From: Lingula anatina
Taxonomy: Eukaryota; Animalia; Brachiopoda
Length of the DNA: 64,000 nt
Assembly: GCA_051362555.1 (NCBI GenBank)
Contig: CM120646.1
Span: 5,332,001-5,396,000, forward strand
Direction: 5' to 3'
Every line of letters begins with the position of its first letter. Positions within the stretch are counted from its first letter, which is position 1. A program made the translations under genes and the position numbers. The notes under the pieces are model-generated. The model saw only the letters and a program-made list of their open reading frames with translations. It did no database searches and was not told where the DNA came from. Below are positions 25,236-38,698 of the stretch, piece by piece.

Positions 25236-25703
25236 GAGTGTATTCAAAATAGGGGTCTAACTAGGTCGAGGGTCAAATATGGCGACCCACTACAAAGCTC
25301 TCCATCTAATTCCCTAATAGGCACTAAATAGATATCCCGTGGGGAAGTATTCAAGTGGGTCGCCATTTTTGACCCTAGGACTAGTTAGTCCCCTATTCTG
25401 AATAGGGTCATAGGGTGCGTTCAGAACAGATGATCCAAAGACCTACTGGTCTGCGGACTAAATATGGCTGACCCGACAAAAAAAAAAGTCGTCTTAACCA
25501 ATGATGGTCTCCCCGCCTGCGGATGTGCCATTAAACAGATCAAATCAGGGCTCAGAGGTTTAATTGCTAGGCCCCTGCAAGGACGGCGTCTGTGGAGGCG
25601 GGGGGACCATCAGTGGATTAGTTGGCTCTGCTGTAATGTTGGTCAGCCATATTTGATCCGTGTATCTGGTAGTCTGCAGATTGTCTTGTTCTGAGTGCCT
25701 TCC
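25236..25703. mobile_element. Two abutting family-B-like MITEs (25236-25409 and 25413-25703) in the probable BMPR2 3' UTR
   Basis: TIR pairs tattcaaaataggggtctaactag...ctagttagtcccctattctgaata and aaatatggctgacc...ggtcagccatatttg. The first element is flanked by ATA/ATA. Confidence 0.7.
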
Positions 25704-26698
25704 TAATGAAATACCTTGCTGAGGCCTTCTTTATTGGTCAAGTTATTTATTTGAATTTTTATTTGACTTTGAAGGCTAGTTAACTGCATGGGAATTGGTT
25801 ATAAAAGGAGAAAAACTGAAGTTAAAAAAAATGTGCAGCATCATGTTTAAAATGGCAGTGTGGTTGGGCTGTTTACTCCTGATTATTTTCCCAGCTTATG
25901 TAGTGAAACCATGATAACAGTTGCAACAAATAAACTGAGAAAATTGGTGCTACCAAAAGTGAGCCACACAAAGCTTCAGTACTTTTATGCCAATCCTGTG
26001 TGAACAATTGTTTGAAAAAAATTAATTTTGTTGAGTGAACTAGTGTCTGCCAATAAAGGCTACAGTAACCCCTATGAAGTATCTATTATACACATTGCCA
26101 ACTATGAACTTTATTTCAAACTTCAGATTTTCTTATATTGATTGTATGAATTTTTTCTTAGATGAAGTTCTGTTTGTATATTTATGTATTTGTTCTTTAA
26201 GGCTGAAAATGCAGATTTGTGGTTACTGGATTTTTTTCTGTTGGAACACAGTTGAGAGAAATATCATTGCTTCCGCCATTAGTCAACAATAAGGCTAGAT
26301 TTGAAAATCAATTTGTTTGAATGGATTGTTATGTAGTGAGTGGAATATATTAAGGGGAATGTTATATTTATGCTGAAATACCCTTTCAATATACTTATGT
26401 TGTATTTTAAAGAAATGGGCAGGTTCAAAACTAAGAATGTATGAGTTGTTGTTCTCCATTCTGTATTTTAGAGTATCCTTTACATGTGTTACCAATGCTA
26501 CATGTATCATTTCTTTTGACTGGTGATTTCAAAGTCACTGTATTCTATATACTTCTTAGTGTAAGAGTGACAAATTTGGTATGTGACAGCAAGTGATGGC
26601 TGAAAATAGAGCAGAACAAAAGAGAGGAGAGGAAAGTTAAAGTTTTGTAGAGGATTGGTCGAAAAATTTTCAAAATGATCATGAACCATAGGGTCTGG

Positions 26699-26729
<31 letters not shown>

Positions 26730-27255
26730 CCCAGGCCATAAATTTTGCAATTTTACTCTGCAGAGGGTCTGGACTGAGACCTGAGATTTTTACTGCTAAT
26801 TTGTGAAAATTATTTTCATTCACTGCTCTCTGTTCACTTGCTCCTGCACTACTCCATATGCCAACACAGTTATCATTTTAGTTGTAATATTTATTATGTA
26901 TTCTGTAAATATATATCTACAATTTGTAAACTTGGTGTACGACACCACTGTACATAGTTATAAGTATACATATATAAATATATATAGAATCATGCCATAT
27001 CTATTGGATGAGATGTATTGTATGACCAATGACAAATAAGCTTACACTTGGTTGCTAGAAATGGTCAGTCTGACCAATGACAAGTCAGTTTTCATTTTGG
27101 ATATGTTACTGTTTAATCCATTTGACAAATAGTATCCTTTGTATGCTTTGGTTCCCAAGACTTTATAAGTCTTAAATATTTTTGTTCCTTTTTTAATGCT
27201 GTCAATTTTAAATAACAGTTTACCTAAACTGTCCATTTTGAACAAACAAAGCTTC

Positions 27256-27286
<31 letters not shown>

Positions 27287-27821
27287 TATAGCACCCGGTG
27301 AGATGTTGATGTTAACTTTCTTAATTTCTTTGTCTTGTTTTTAACTCACAAATGTTGGGTGCAATTCACATTACATACATTATGGGGGCAATTAATTGAA
27401 AATGAAAAAGCCAGAAAATGTTTGTCAGTCAAATATATAGGCCAAAGGTCATTGATGCGAATGCCATTGGTGTGAAGAATGACCCATTTATGTAGCTAAT
27501 ACATGTAAAAATGTAGGCTTTGTAAGAATGCTATTGATATATAGAGTAGTTGTTATGATTGCCAGTGAATGTTTTGTTAAGATGGCCTATAATATGGTCC
27601 ATTTAAAAAAAAGAAGTCACAAACTAATGTGCTTTGATTTCAGCATTGCATGGGTAGTGCTGCGGGGTGAGACCCCCCCCCCCTCCCCCACCTTGGCATT
27701 GTGCTTAGATTTCAGCATTTCATGAGTAATGTTGGGGGGAACAGAATCCCCATTCTTGCATCGCTATACACTGTATGTATAGTTCGTTTTATGTGTACTG
27801 CATCTATGCTATATTCATTGC

Positions 27822-27855
27822 AATAAAAATTGCAGTAAAATCTTGGTCTTTTATT
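27822..27855. terminator. Facing polyadenylation signals: AATAAA on + at 27822 and AATAAA on - at 27855-27850
   Basis: Motifs lie between the convergent genes; other candidate signals exist (for example on the minus strand near 28690). Confidence 0.35.
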
Positions 27856-28980
27856 GAATTCTTAGATATCAGGACATAAATTGTCCATTGTAATTTTCAA
27901 TTGAAAGAAACCACTTTGTAAAGGAGTAAGTTAAAAAAAAACTGGGGTGAGTTTCATCGCTTATCCACCCCTAAAATAAAAGTTTGCAAATAAAAAAAAG
28001 GAGGCAAAAAATATATTTTAGTTTGCCAATCTTTGTTTAAATGCTAGATCCCTATTTATTTGCAAAAGATAATATGATACAGTAACATGAAAAAAGAAAT
28101 GTATACTAAGAGAATCTTATAAGATCTGTAAGCTAATCTGTTTTTTCTCCTGTGGAGTTGTGCTAAGAATTTAGAAAGATAAATTATGCGCCAGTGCTGC
28201 AAAATCACAATCTGACGTCAGCCTTGCTCAAAACTGTAACTCCTTGATGTGTTAGTGAAGACGGCACAAGGTCACCCGTGTTATTGTATAAAAATTAATT
28301 CCTACAAGATGGCAGGCTTTTTTTAAGTTGACGTTTCTTGTTTGTTTGAATATTTCAAAGAGTAACTTAATACTGCCTCTTAAAAATAATAGCATTGTTT
28401 AAATAAGTTCATCATTTTGGTACTGATATTAAATCATAAATGTTCTTTTGTCACAAACTGTTATTTTTTATACTGACAGATGTCATCTGTCTGAAGTACA
28501 TCACTAGCTGTTAGTCTTTGGTTGGGAGCTGTTGTTGGTGACCTCCCCTCTCTCCAGCCCTCTAAATACTTCCCTCCTGTATCAAAATATATTTGGTGTA
28601 AACATTTCAATCAGGAGTCAAAAAGGAGTTTTATGACTTTTACTTTAAAAAGAAAAAAACTAAATAAGGCATCAATAAGTTCTTAATCTTTTATTCTATT
28701 GAAAATTTTCATAATTGTTATTACAAAAATAATTTTTAAAATTCTTTAAAAATTAAACATTAATTTACTCATGATCCTGAAATCTGTGGATTTTTTTTTC
28801 AAATGCAAAGAATATAGAAATGTATTCATCAAAACTCACTTTTCGTTCAGTCAAAATATACATCACTTATGAACAGTTGCTTAATCAATGTTTAATCACA
28901 TCAATAAAATTTGAATATTTGTCATATAATAACTAAAATTGTTATTATAAAACCAATTTTGATCTTTAAAGTTTAATTAT

Positions 28981-31900
28981 TTAAGCATCAAGGTTTTGCA
29001 CTGAGGAAATCACAGTTTCCAGTTTCTTCCTGCTTCGCTTCACGGGGATATTGTACTGTCTCCATCCCTTAGAGCCCCCAGGATAATGTTCTGATATCTT
29101 TACATCACCAAATATGGAAGTCATTTCACTGGTCTTGGATTTAATTGCTCTCTTCTTAGACACAGGCGCCACCTTCTTTTGATTATTCCTGGCACCACCT
29201 GTTTTGGCAAGCCTGGCATTGAAGCATTTTTCACACTCACAGTTTTCAGGAATGTGTTCATAGTATGAAAATACAAATGCACGAGACACATTAGTTCCCA
29301 GCATCCATGGTTCCTCAGGGAGGACACGAAAACGTGCCTCGTTAAGTGCGGCAAGATAGGCATCCCTGTGTATGTCAGTCAGTGGCAGCAGATCTTCACT
29401 GGACTGCTGTGAAAGGTCTTCACCTTCATGAGCCAAGGTCTCTCCTATGGGTTTATTATTGGATTCAACAAAACTTTCACCATTGGCAATTTCCTGTTCC
29501 TCCTCCACTTCCTCTTCTATATTGTTCTCAAACGTAACTGTATTACTATCATCATTTTTGCTTTCTCTTTTATCCTTCTTTTGACGTTCGGAGTTTTTAT
29601 CTTTAAGGATGCTTTTCAGTAAGAACTTTTCTATATCAGGTGAGACAACAGGGGGAGTGTCCTCTATGCCATAACGATTATACAGCAACTGACCCGATTG
29701 TAAATCTGACATGTTGTCCAGCTTTTCTTCATCTTTTTTCTTGCTCTTACGTCTCTTCTTCCCACAGTTCTTGCAAAGTCCCCCTCGACCCTTGCGAAAC
29801 TCTTCTCCACACTCGCACCAACCACCGCCAGAACTGCCCCTTGACTGGGACATCATGGACGCCAGGCGGTCCCTCCCTTGTTTCTCCTTTATGTGTGTAT
29901 ACAGAAGGCGAGGAGGCGTGTCATTCCTTATGACTGGCTTCTCATTCGCTGCCTGAACTTGAGTTATGAGACTTGTTTGCGAGTCCAACCTTGATACATG
30001 TGGCTCTAACTTTTGACTGTCATCATCAGTGTAAAAGTATTCAGACTTAACACCGAACTGCACCTTTCCAGGTTTCTTTTTAGAGTTTGCCCTGCTCGAA
30101 GTCGTATTTGAGGGTTCTGTCATAGAAATGTTTGAAAGAGAATTTTCTGCACTGACTGCAGCCACTTGACTAGATTGTCCAATTTTATTACTGTTACTCA
30201 CTGAGGTTTGCTGTCCATTTTCCCTCTTAGGATTAACCTGTGTAGTCACTTTATTGGTCTTAGAGATAGAGGGCAGTTTGACCACACGCTGGTCCAGTGC
30301 ACTGTCCAAGGACTGACCAAGAGGTTGGCCATTTTTCCTCGACTTGGGGTCATCTAGGGTGGTGTCCAGGGACTGACCAAGATGGTGTCCCTTTGCAGTT
30401 CGCCTCCTCCATGCGTCATAGTCGTAATCGTCACTGAAATCTATCCCTGAAAGAACCATGGACTCATCAGGTGCAATTTTCTTGCTTTCTTTGGTTTTCT
30501 TCTTTTTGGTATCAAAGACCCCATCTTGGCTGTATTTGGCATGGTTTTTGCACTCATGAGAATCATTTGGAAAGAAATCACACGGGTGCTCACCCCGCAC
30601 AGTACGGAGGCCATTCTTTAGATGGTCTAGAGCAGGGTTTCGGTGATGACCATCAGGATCTATATGAGAGCACCAGTATAGGTAGTCCACATTGAGGGGG
30701 TGCCGCTTTACCTGCACAAAGGGAAAAAATTATTTTTGGATTAAGTAATTTAATAATAATCACTTCATAATATGCTTTATTTTGTATTAAAAAGTAACAG
30801 CTAAGCTTTCCCAGCCCCAAATTGATAGTCAAATACCAGTATCATTATTAAGCCCATGGGCAGAGAAAAGAATTTATCATTCTTAATAAAATTTATCTTG
30901 AAACAAACATTTTATGATGTTTGATTATACAACCATTTATAAATGAGAGAATAACTATTTTCACAGTTTATCATAAAATTACTTGAAGATACCATTCAAA
31001 AAACATTGAAACAATGACACTGCATTATAAACAGGTCACAACTACTTAAAGCATACCCTGTGGCTGTGACGGACTGTTTGTTGCGACTGCATGAGCGCTG
31101 CCACACGGCGCTGCTCTTTGCGCAGCTGTGGCAAATTAAGTGGCTCATGCATCGCGAGGTATTCCTGGCGCTCATCGGTGCTCAGGTAGTACTGGAAAAT
31201 GAAGTAAAAACACAGTGAGCTTTTCACAAATTACCAAAACAAAGGGCTGTACTTTGTTAGCAAGGAGGATTTGGTTGACATTTCCTTGAAAAAATGCCCC
31301 TTTATGACAACAGGTTATGGTTAGCATTTGCTTGATAGTCTCAAAATTGCCGTTTATGATCAGAATTTGGTTGCCTTGAAAAATACTTTTTATGACTAAA
31401 GGTTACGGTTAGCATTCAGCTGCTGTTTCAAAGAAAAATATCACTTCATGATCGACAAACAGGTTATGAATACAAGACTTAGTGTAGACTTACAGTTGAT
31501 ATTAGTAATTTCCTTTTAAAAAATACCACTAAACAATGTATGTGTATGATCGGAAGCATGCATTGACGTAACAGTAAAACATGCATTGATATAACAGCTG
31601 TTGTTTGCAACGGAGAAAGATTATCATTGTCTTTTTAGGTAAGATGAGGAGATCCTAGCTCAATATGCTTAGAAACTTCATTGTTCCACTCGTTATAGAC
31701 ATGAAGACACTCATTAGCACGATTCTATTTCGTATCCTTTATTTTTCATGATTTTAAATTAAAATTTAAGAATTCATTTCAAAGGAGTGCATTTTTAGAT
31801 CAATAAAACATATTCACAGAAACAGCAATCAGTAAACTAGAATTACATGAACCTCATAAATGTTGCTTGTGTGGAGTCAAAAATAGTATGGATGTGGGAG

Positions 31901-32641
31901 TCTAATGATCTGAATGATAAAGCAACGGGATAGCTGCAGTAAGTATAGGAGCACTTCAAAAGCGAGTAAAAATACTGAAATATTGGAAATTTAGATAGAA
32001 TTTCATATTAATTCAATAAAAAAGGATTGGATGCTTCCTGAAATATGTTGGAAAATGATATTCAGTTGCTGAAGGGGAGATTTCCCAAGAAGAAGTAAGA
32101 TTTTTACTGAAAGAAATAAATGAGAATGGCCATATCTAACACGGAGAAAGAGAACACTGGGACAGAAATAGTTTGTCCTTCACAGTCTATAAATATGCTA
32201 ATCCAATCTTCATACTCCTAGACATATTTGTTGTTAGTTTTAAAATAGTTCATTATAGCCATGGTAATGACTCAGTCTTTTCAATGGGGAAAAATCATGA
32301 ATTTTGTACTTTTTCAAGATATCTCAATTTTTTCTTACACACATGCAAAAAAAAGTAAAAAATAAAAGAAATAGCATCATTAGCAGACACGGTCTACTAA
32401 AACCAATGTAAAACCAAAAGGAAGAAAATGAGTATGCAGCAAAACTCTCCTTGTTGGTTCTGTTTGAGTTTCCCTTGCCTACCTGCTGATAATTTTAATT
32501 AAACATTTGAAAGTGTGGTATACATTCAACTAATACATCTATAACATCAATGGCATTTCCTACCTGTAGCCACGTCTTTGTCTGATATGGGATACAACCC
32601 TCAGAGTGAGCTATTTCTGCCCAGAAATGGTCCATATCCAT
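28981..32641 (-). CDS. Uncharacterised protein, about 647 aa, 3 coding exons: 32641-32564, 31191-31057, 30711-28981
   Basis: Phase-0 GT-AG introns join MDMDHFWAEIAHSEGCIPYQTKTWLQ | YYLSTDERQEY...RHSHR | VKRHPL...QNLDA*. The last exon is a 1.7-kb open frame. An in-frame stop lies just upstream of the ATG, but an additional upstream coding exon via acceptor ctccag cannot be excluded. Confidence 0.8.
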
Positions 32642-33769
32642 CACTGGAGTGATTCAGTTTAACAGTATGGGAGCAGATTCTATAAGTCTATCATTCAGTG
32701 ACCAAAAAGCTTGGCCCTAAATTGTTTTTCAAGTCTTTGTGATTTTCCTGTGTGACATATCTCAATTTGCCCTGGTAAATGGCAGTTTGAAATATTTAAA
32801 TAAAGTTCAATAATAATTAATCAGGTAATATTTCTAAATAAAAATTTTAATCCACTGCATACTATTCCCAAATGTCTAGGCAGTGTAAAAAAAATCCTAT
32901 GTGCACAGCTTTGCATGTGTTCTCTGAAGGTGCTTCGTACGTTGGTTATGCTGGTGGTCCCCGTTCCGAGGGAAGCCCTTTTCAGTTTTCGTCCAAGTAC
33001 TGGTTCTGAATATGTCGAAATGGTCAAAATTGATGACGTCCCTCCAGTGCAAAAGTGCAAATCTTCCGTTCTGATATGAGTGTAACAGTTCAAGCCTCTT
33101 GAGTGTTCAAGTGCAAGTGCTTAATCTACAAGGCATTTATGTACCCACTCGCCTTCTCAGACCTCTGGCAGATTCATCTGACTTGCAAATTGCCCTCGTC
33201 ATGTGTATTTGACACTGGATATCAGCTCCCCACTCAACACTTACTCCAAGCACTTACAAATGACGTCAAAACTATCAAAGAGGTGTCACTTCAAGGTGAG
33301 CCTTTTTTCCCTGATTCTAGGAATGTTAGTGATATGCCTTTTTTGTAAGTTTTTTCATTCTGCTTCTAGCTTCATAGTTATCTGATTTTAGAGATAATCT
33401 GCAATGGTTTTAGAATGCTTTATTTCCTGGAACTTAATTGATTTTTGTTGAACCATGGATAAAATATGCATGCCAAATGGTAAAATGATGAATAACACAT
33501 AAACAAAAAATCAATTATGATGACTCTTTGCGTGTCTCTTGCCTAGATTGGTTAATTTTTCCTTTTACCCTAAAATATCTTTTAAACAACTTACTTTTTT
33601 TTCATTTTCCCCTTCATTAAACTTATCATTCGTTTATTTTTGCTGGCATTTTTTTTAATAAACGTAAAATCAATTTGGTCATTAATATGGAAATACCACT
33701 AACCAAATATAACGCAAATAATTAGTTTACTTGTCAAGGCTGTATTTGTGCAAATAACACCCTTCAATT

Positions 33770-33985
33770 TTTAACACCCTATTTCCTGGATCTACTTATA
33801 ATTTTCTATACTGTGTCAATGAATATGAAAAAAAAATTCACAATGGATGTAAATTACCATCAGTGCTTTATCAAGGCTGCATATATTTACACCCCGAGTT
33901 TCTGGATCTACTTATAATTCTCTATACTGTGTCAATGAATCGAAGAGCAAATTCACAGTGGATGTATAAATTACCATCAGCACTC
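33770..33985. repeat. ~116-bp tandem duplication
   Basis: ctggatctacttataatt(t/c)tctatactgtgtcaatgaat...aaattaccatcag occurs twice. Confidence 0.75.
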
Positions 33986-36900
33986 TGATATTCAGGGTGA
34001 TTTTGGAATACCAACACAAACCTTTTCAAGCTACCCTTCATTGAAAATAACACCGGTTCTCACTTGTAGATAATTACTTTGCTTACACAAACCCTAATTA
34101 ACACAAAAGAAAATCCAATTAACAGCAATTAACACTAATGTCCAACTGGTAATGCCGACTTTCCAATCCTAACTCCTGTGATATTTCCCTTAAGAAAAAC
34201 GGCCATTCCAACCTCCTAAAAGAATAATTAACCTTTCCTTGTCCAACACGGACTTAATTAAATATTAATTCACATCAATCAATGTTAATTTTCCCTCAGG
34301 ACATGAGCCGTCTGACAAAATCCCCAGAGAGGAGGCTAACACAGCACAATCAATCTCAGTTATCAATTAACAGCACAGGCCAAAATTCCCAGTAAAGAAT
34401 CAGCAAGAATAAAACTTTTGGGTTTTTTAATTTACTGATAAAACTACGACATGGACTCGGCTGTAGACTGTACAAAATGCGCTAAGTCTGACTTACTAAG
34501 AATCCCCCAGGTGAATTTTGTTTTAATAGTTGCCAATATTTTCAGTATGGTAACAAATCACTGGATAAAAAATACTGACTTACTTTACCCAAAACAGTTT
34601 TTTGTTGGTAACATTGAAAACGAGGATTTGAAACTTCCAAAAAGTGAGTTTGCTCCATATTTATGAGCAACACAGCATCTTGAAAAAATAAAATAAAAAG
34701 AAGAGATGTGATTTGAAGTCTTAGGCAATAATGCTGTAGCCACTTTCCTCAGCTGGGATGGTTAAATATCAAATTCAACTGATAAGACTGTCACCTTCTT
34801 CACCTGTGATAGATACCCCCTACACCTTCATATCTCTAATATTTGCTACTAATCTTCAATCCTAGCTAAAGATTTTTCTTAAAATGGATGCAAAGCACCC
34901 GTCATATGAACTATCAACTACTTCTCTTCGTCTGTTTATCAAGGCAATAATTACACTTTATAATTTGTTTCATTCTACTGGTATTGTTGTTAAGCAAAAA
35001 TGTATGATTATACAAGACAATTACACTGAAGTCACTTTCTTCATGAAAAGATTGTGCATAAATCAAACAGCATTTCTACCATAATTTTCCTAAATCAATT
35101 TTATGCTAAAAACAAGCTCTATTTCATTGATAATTAAAATGTCTTATCTCACTGCTCCAACAAAAATCTTTCTTAAATTTAAGCTGTCTGATACAAATGT
35201 TGTTATATAAAATTTAAACAGCTGAAGTACAACAAAATTTTATAACAATCATAAAATGTCCTCAAACTAGCATCTGTCCATCTACACACTTGTGCCTCAA
35301 ATGCAAGATTATCAAGTCCTTATTTTATTTGTTTCTCCTAAAACTTGGCTGCCATAAAAAGTAGATAACTTTTCAAGATGACGCTCCACTCGCCATAAAC
35401 TCCCAGCCTGTTTCCAAGTTCTTGACAACACACACAAATGGGTGTGGTTTCACTTTTACACCTTCTCCATCTTCTGCGACAAACACAGCTGAAGACGTTT
35501 CATGAAATCACCATCAGCAAACATCAAATCATTTCAATAAGTAGCTCTCTTATCGCTGGACTTCAATGATACTTGTCCTTTAAAAACGGAGATTCACACC
35601 TCCCTACTTGGTGTAGCTCAAGAGAAAAACTGCTGCTTTTGGAAACAATCAACATCTAAATCATTACTTCAAAGAAGCATTCCTCATCAATGTACACCAC
35701 ACAGAGCTCTGGTTCCTTAGATACTGTACTTCACAATCAATTAAACACCGCTGTCCAAGAGGATGCCTTTTAAGTGCAGATCCACTTTGTTCTTTCTCGA
35801 CCAGTAATTGCGACCAGTAATTGCACGTAGAAGTTATAGATTAGTCCCCCTGGCTGGTAAGTATGATCTTGGGGGAGAGGCGCAGAAAATGTAAATTATT
35901 ATTAAATAAGATATGTCTGCTACGTCTTATGCCCGGATAAAACATTAATGCTTGTCATTATTGTTTTATATCTTATTTCCCTTTTCCCAAACTCATTTAA
36001 ATATTTAAAAATATATATGAAAAAGCGCCTTGTAAAGCACCAAAATATCAGCTGCTTGTCTCTCCCTTCTTTTGTTAAGTGGGACTGCCATAAAACACAG
36101 CCACACAAATCAATACATGAGATAATCTGATTTAACACCTGATGTACTGTACTGCTTCAGGTTTCATCACTTTTTCCCCCCAAAAGAATTTGCAGTTATA
36201 ATCTGTCCAAATAAGCAGTGAGAGTGCAGAAATGAATAAATATCACATACAGTATAAATATCTCACAAATCGTCAAACTGACAAAATACAGGAGTAGACC
36301 TGGACAAGGAATGTTTGAACAAAGAGAAACAAAATAGTACATTAGCATTTTCTATTGTGGGCCATATTTTTATAGCCCCTCCATAAAAAGATCAATAGTT
36401 TTACTGTTCTACTTGAAACACCACTAAAAGCCTGTAATTCAACAGGCTTGGGGGTGCTTTTGTAGTCCAACACATATGACAAGAGGAGAATAAATATTTC
36501 CAGACTCATTAAATAGTACAGGTGTGTTAGACAAAAAAGGTTATTGATGGAGATTCACTCTAAGGGACAAAACTCGGGTTGTTTGTGATAGGAAGACTAT
36601 CATTTGAGGTACAATGGAGACGTGACAACAAATGTGTGACTGAAAATTGTTACAAATGAAGCTCTTCATCAAGCACTCAGCACTGTTCTAGGTTCGATCA
36701 AGTACGGACTGAGGAGAGAGGGATGGGGGGGGGGGGAGGGGACTAGGGCAGATGTGACCTCTCAGACACCAAAATCAACAGGGTGGAAAGATACCCTTTT
36801 GAAAAAGATGGAGGGTGATTGCAAACACATGACAAAATTTTCTGAATGATTTTTTTCTGAAGAACTCGATCAACATTTTAAAACTTTTTTTTTGACTTGG

Positions 36901-38441
36901 TACACATACTGAAACATTTAGCCTTTTAAAAGTCAAACCCCAATAGGTAAATAATTTTGAGACTTACATGGAATCCACTCATCAGACTCACAGACAGAAA
37001 AATGACATACCTGTTTAAATACAAACCCTACTGTCAAAACATGTGTTGATCTAGGTCTTCAGTCACCATGACAAAATACCAGTGACTTTAGGATCAAATA
37101 CACCGAGCTTTAAAACACACACTTCTTTCTTCTCTCACCTGTTCCTATCTAACCTCCGTGTTCTACAGTATCACAGTCCAGCCTTTGTTTCCGCTGCTTC
37201 AAGTCAAGTATCAGGATAGAGTTACAGCAAAGTCTGTATCATCTTACCCATAATCTATAACAAATCAAAGCAAGGAGGTTAAGTACCCCCTCACACAGAT
37301 GTTCACTTGTTGACTTTAATCAGATTACATGACTGTCGCGGTTGTGGATTTGGGGGAGGGGCCACTACAGGTATATGTCCTGCCTTAGCTATCGGAGGTA
37401 CACATACCACCCCCCTTTACCCTGTTCTCCCTCCCAAGGGAATAATTCTGGTGAAATGTGATAAAACCAAGCAATTTTTATGTACCTCTGCCCTACATAT
37501 TACACTTAATCATTTTTGACAACAGTTGTATATTATGTTACGTTTTGTGAGCAATGACATTTCCTCTGACATGTCATAAAAAAACCTTTTTGAAAGCTGG
37601 CAATTCACAATTGTTTCATTCACATGAGATTAAAAATATGGCAACTCTTATTTTCATCCAGATTTACAGCACAAAAAGATATACATTTGTATCACATCCA
37701 TCAGAGAGCTCTTTCTCCTGGTAAGAATTATGCAATTAACTCTGAACAAGAGGCCTTTTTATTGGCATACCTTCTAAAAAGATAACGCTTGAAATCTCAT
37801 TAAAATTTCATTTAAATGTCTAACTCCTATTGGTATATTGTTACAGTTATTACTTGAATATTCCTATGCCTAGAGACATTTTCACTTAATCTGACAGCAT
37901 AATGATAAAATGACAAGGTTATCCATTAATCTTTCCTTAAGCAGTCTGGGCGAGACCTCGTCATTTTTATATCTCACCGAGACTGAATTATCCTCCTTGC
38001 GAACTAAATGGCACATCTGTAAGATGAAATTGATGGATTGGTTACTAACTTACTCATATGGAATTATGCAGCATGTTAATGTTAAACAAAAATAACTTGG
38101 GCACACTATCAACTATTGCCTTGTAAGGTAGAATATCTGCAAATCTCAAAATAAATGGACAATAATAAAATCACTTAGTTTCTGCTTGAACATAATAACT
38201 TTTTTTTCTTTTTTTTTTTTCATCCAGCTATTTCAGCCCAACCCTTGACTAAAGCTTAAAGAGGTATTTTTGAAAACCTGAAGTCTGAAATGGCTAGGGA
38301 CAATTTTTTATGTCTGCGAAAGAGAACACAAATATAAATGCAAATGTTAGTGTAACTATACCAGCATGTGCACACAATTTTATGCCTTTTCATTCACCTC
38401 TCTTATATATCACCAACAAAAAGTGAATGCAAATAGACTTA

Positions 38442-38698
38442 GGCTTCATTCACATGCAATATCTATTTACTAAATTCTATTTTCTATTCGCGGTATGTCT
38501 TATGATCACGGTCTGTGCCCTATATATCCGGCGGCGTAATTACTGGCAGCGTGAGCCAGTTACTATAAGTTACCATAAGTAACTGGCTTGTGCTGCCAGT
38601 AATTACGCGGCGGGATATTCAGGGCACAGACCGTGATCATAAGATGCTGCGAATAGAAAATAGAATTTAGAAAATAGACATTGCATGTGAACGAAGCC
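38442..38698. mobile_element. 257-bp foldback MITE, almost fully palindromic, PIF/Harbinger-like
   Basis: ggcttcattcacatgcaat... pairs with ...attgcatgtgaacgaagcc along about 120 bp per arm; TTA target duplication at 38439-41 and 38699-701. Confidence 0.88.

Noticed and set aside
32821-33385. Additional coding exons of the uncharacterised gene
   Set aside because: No frame with compatible splice sites found; more likely UTR or promoter sequence.
35485-35520. CUGAAGA...GAAA hammerhead candidate (also a weak one on the minus strand near 36965-36990)
   Set aside because: Stem II does not pair, or GAAA is missing and the flanking stems are inadequate.
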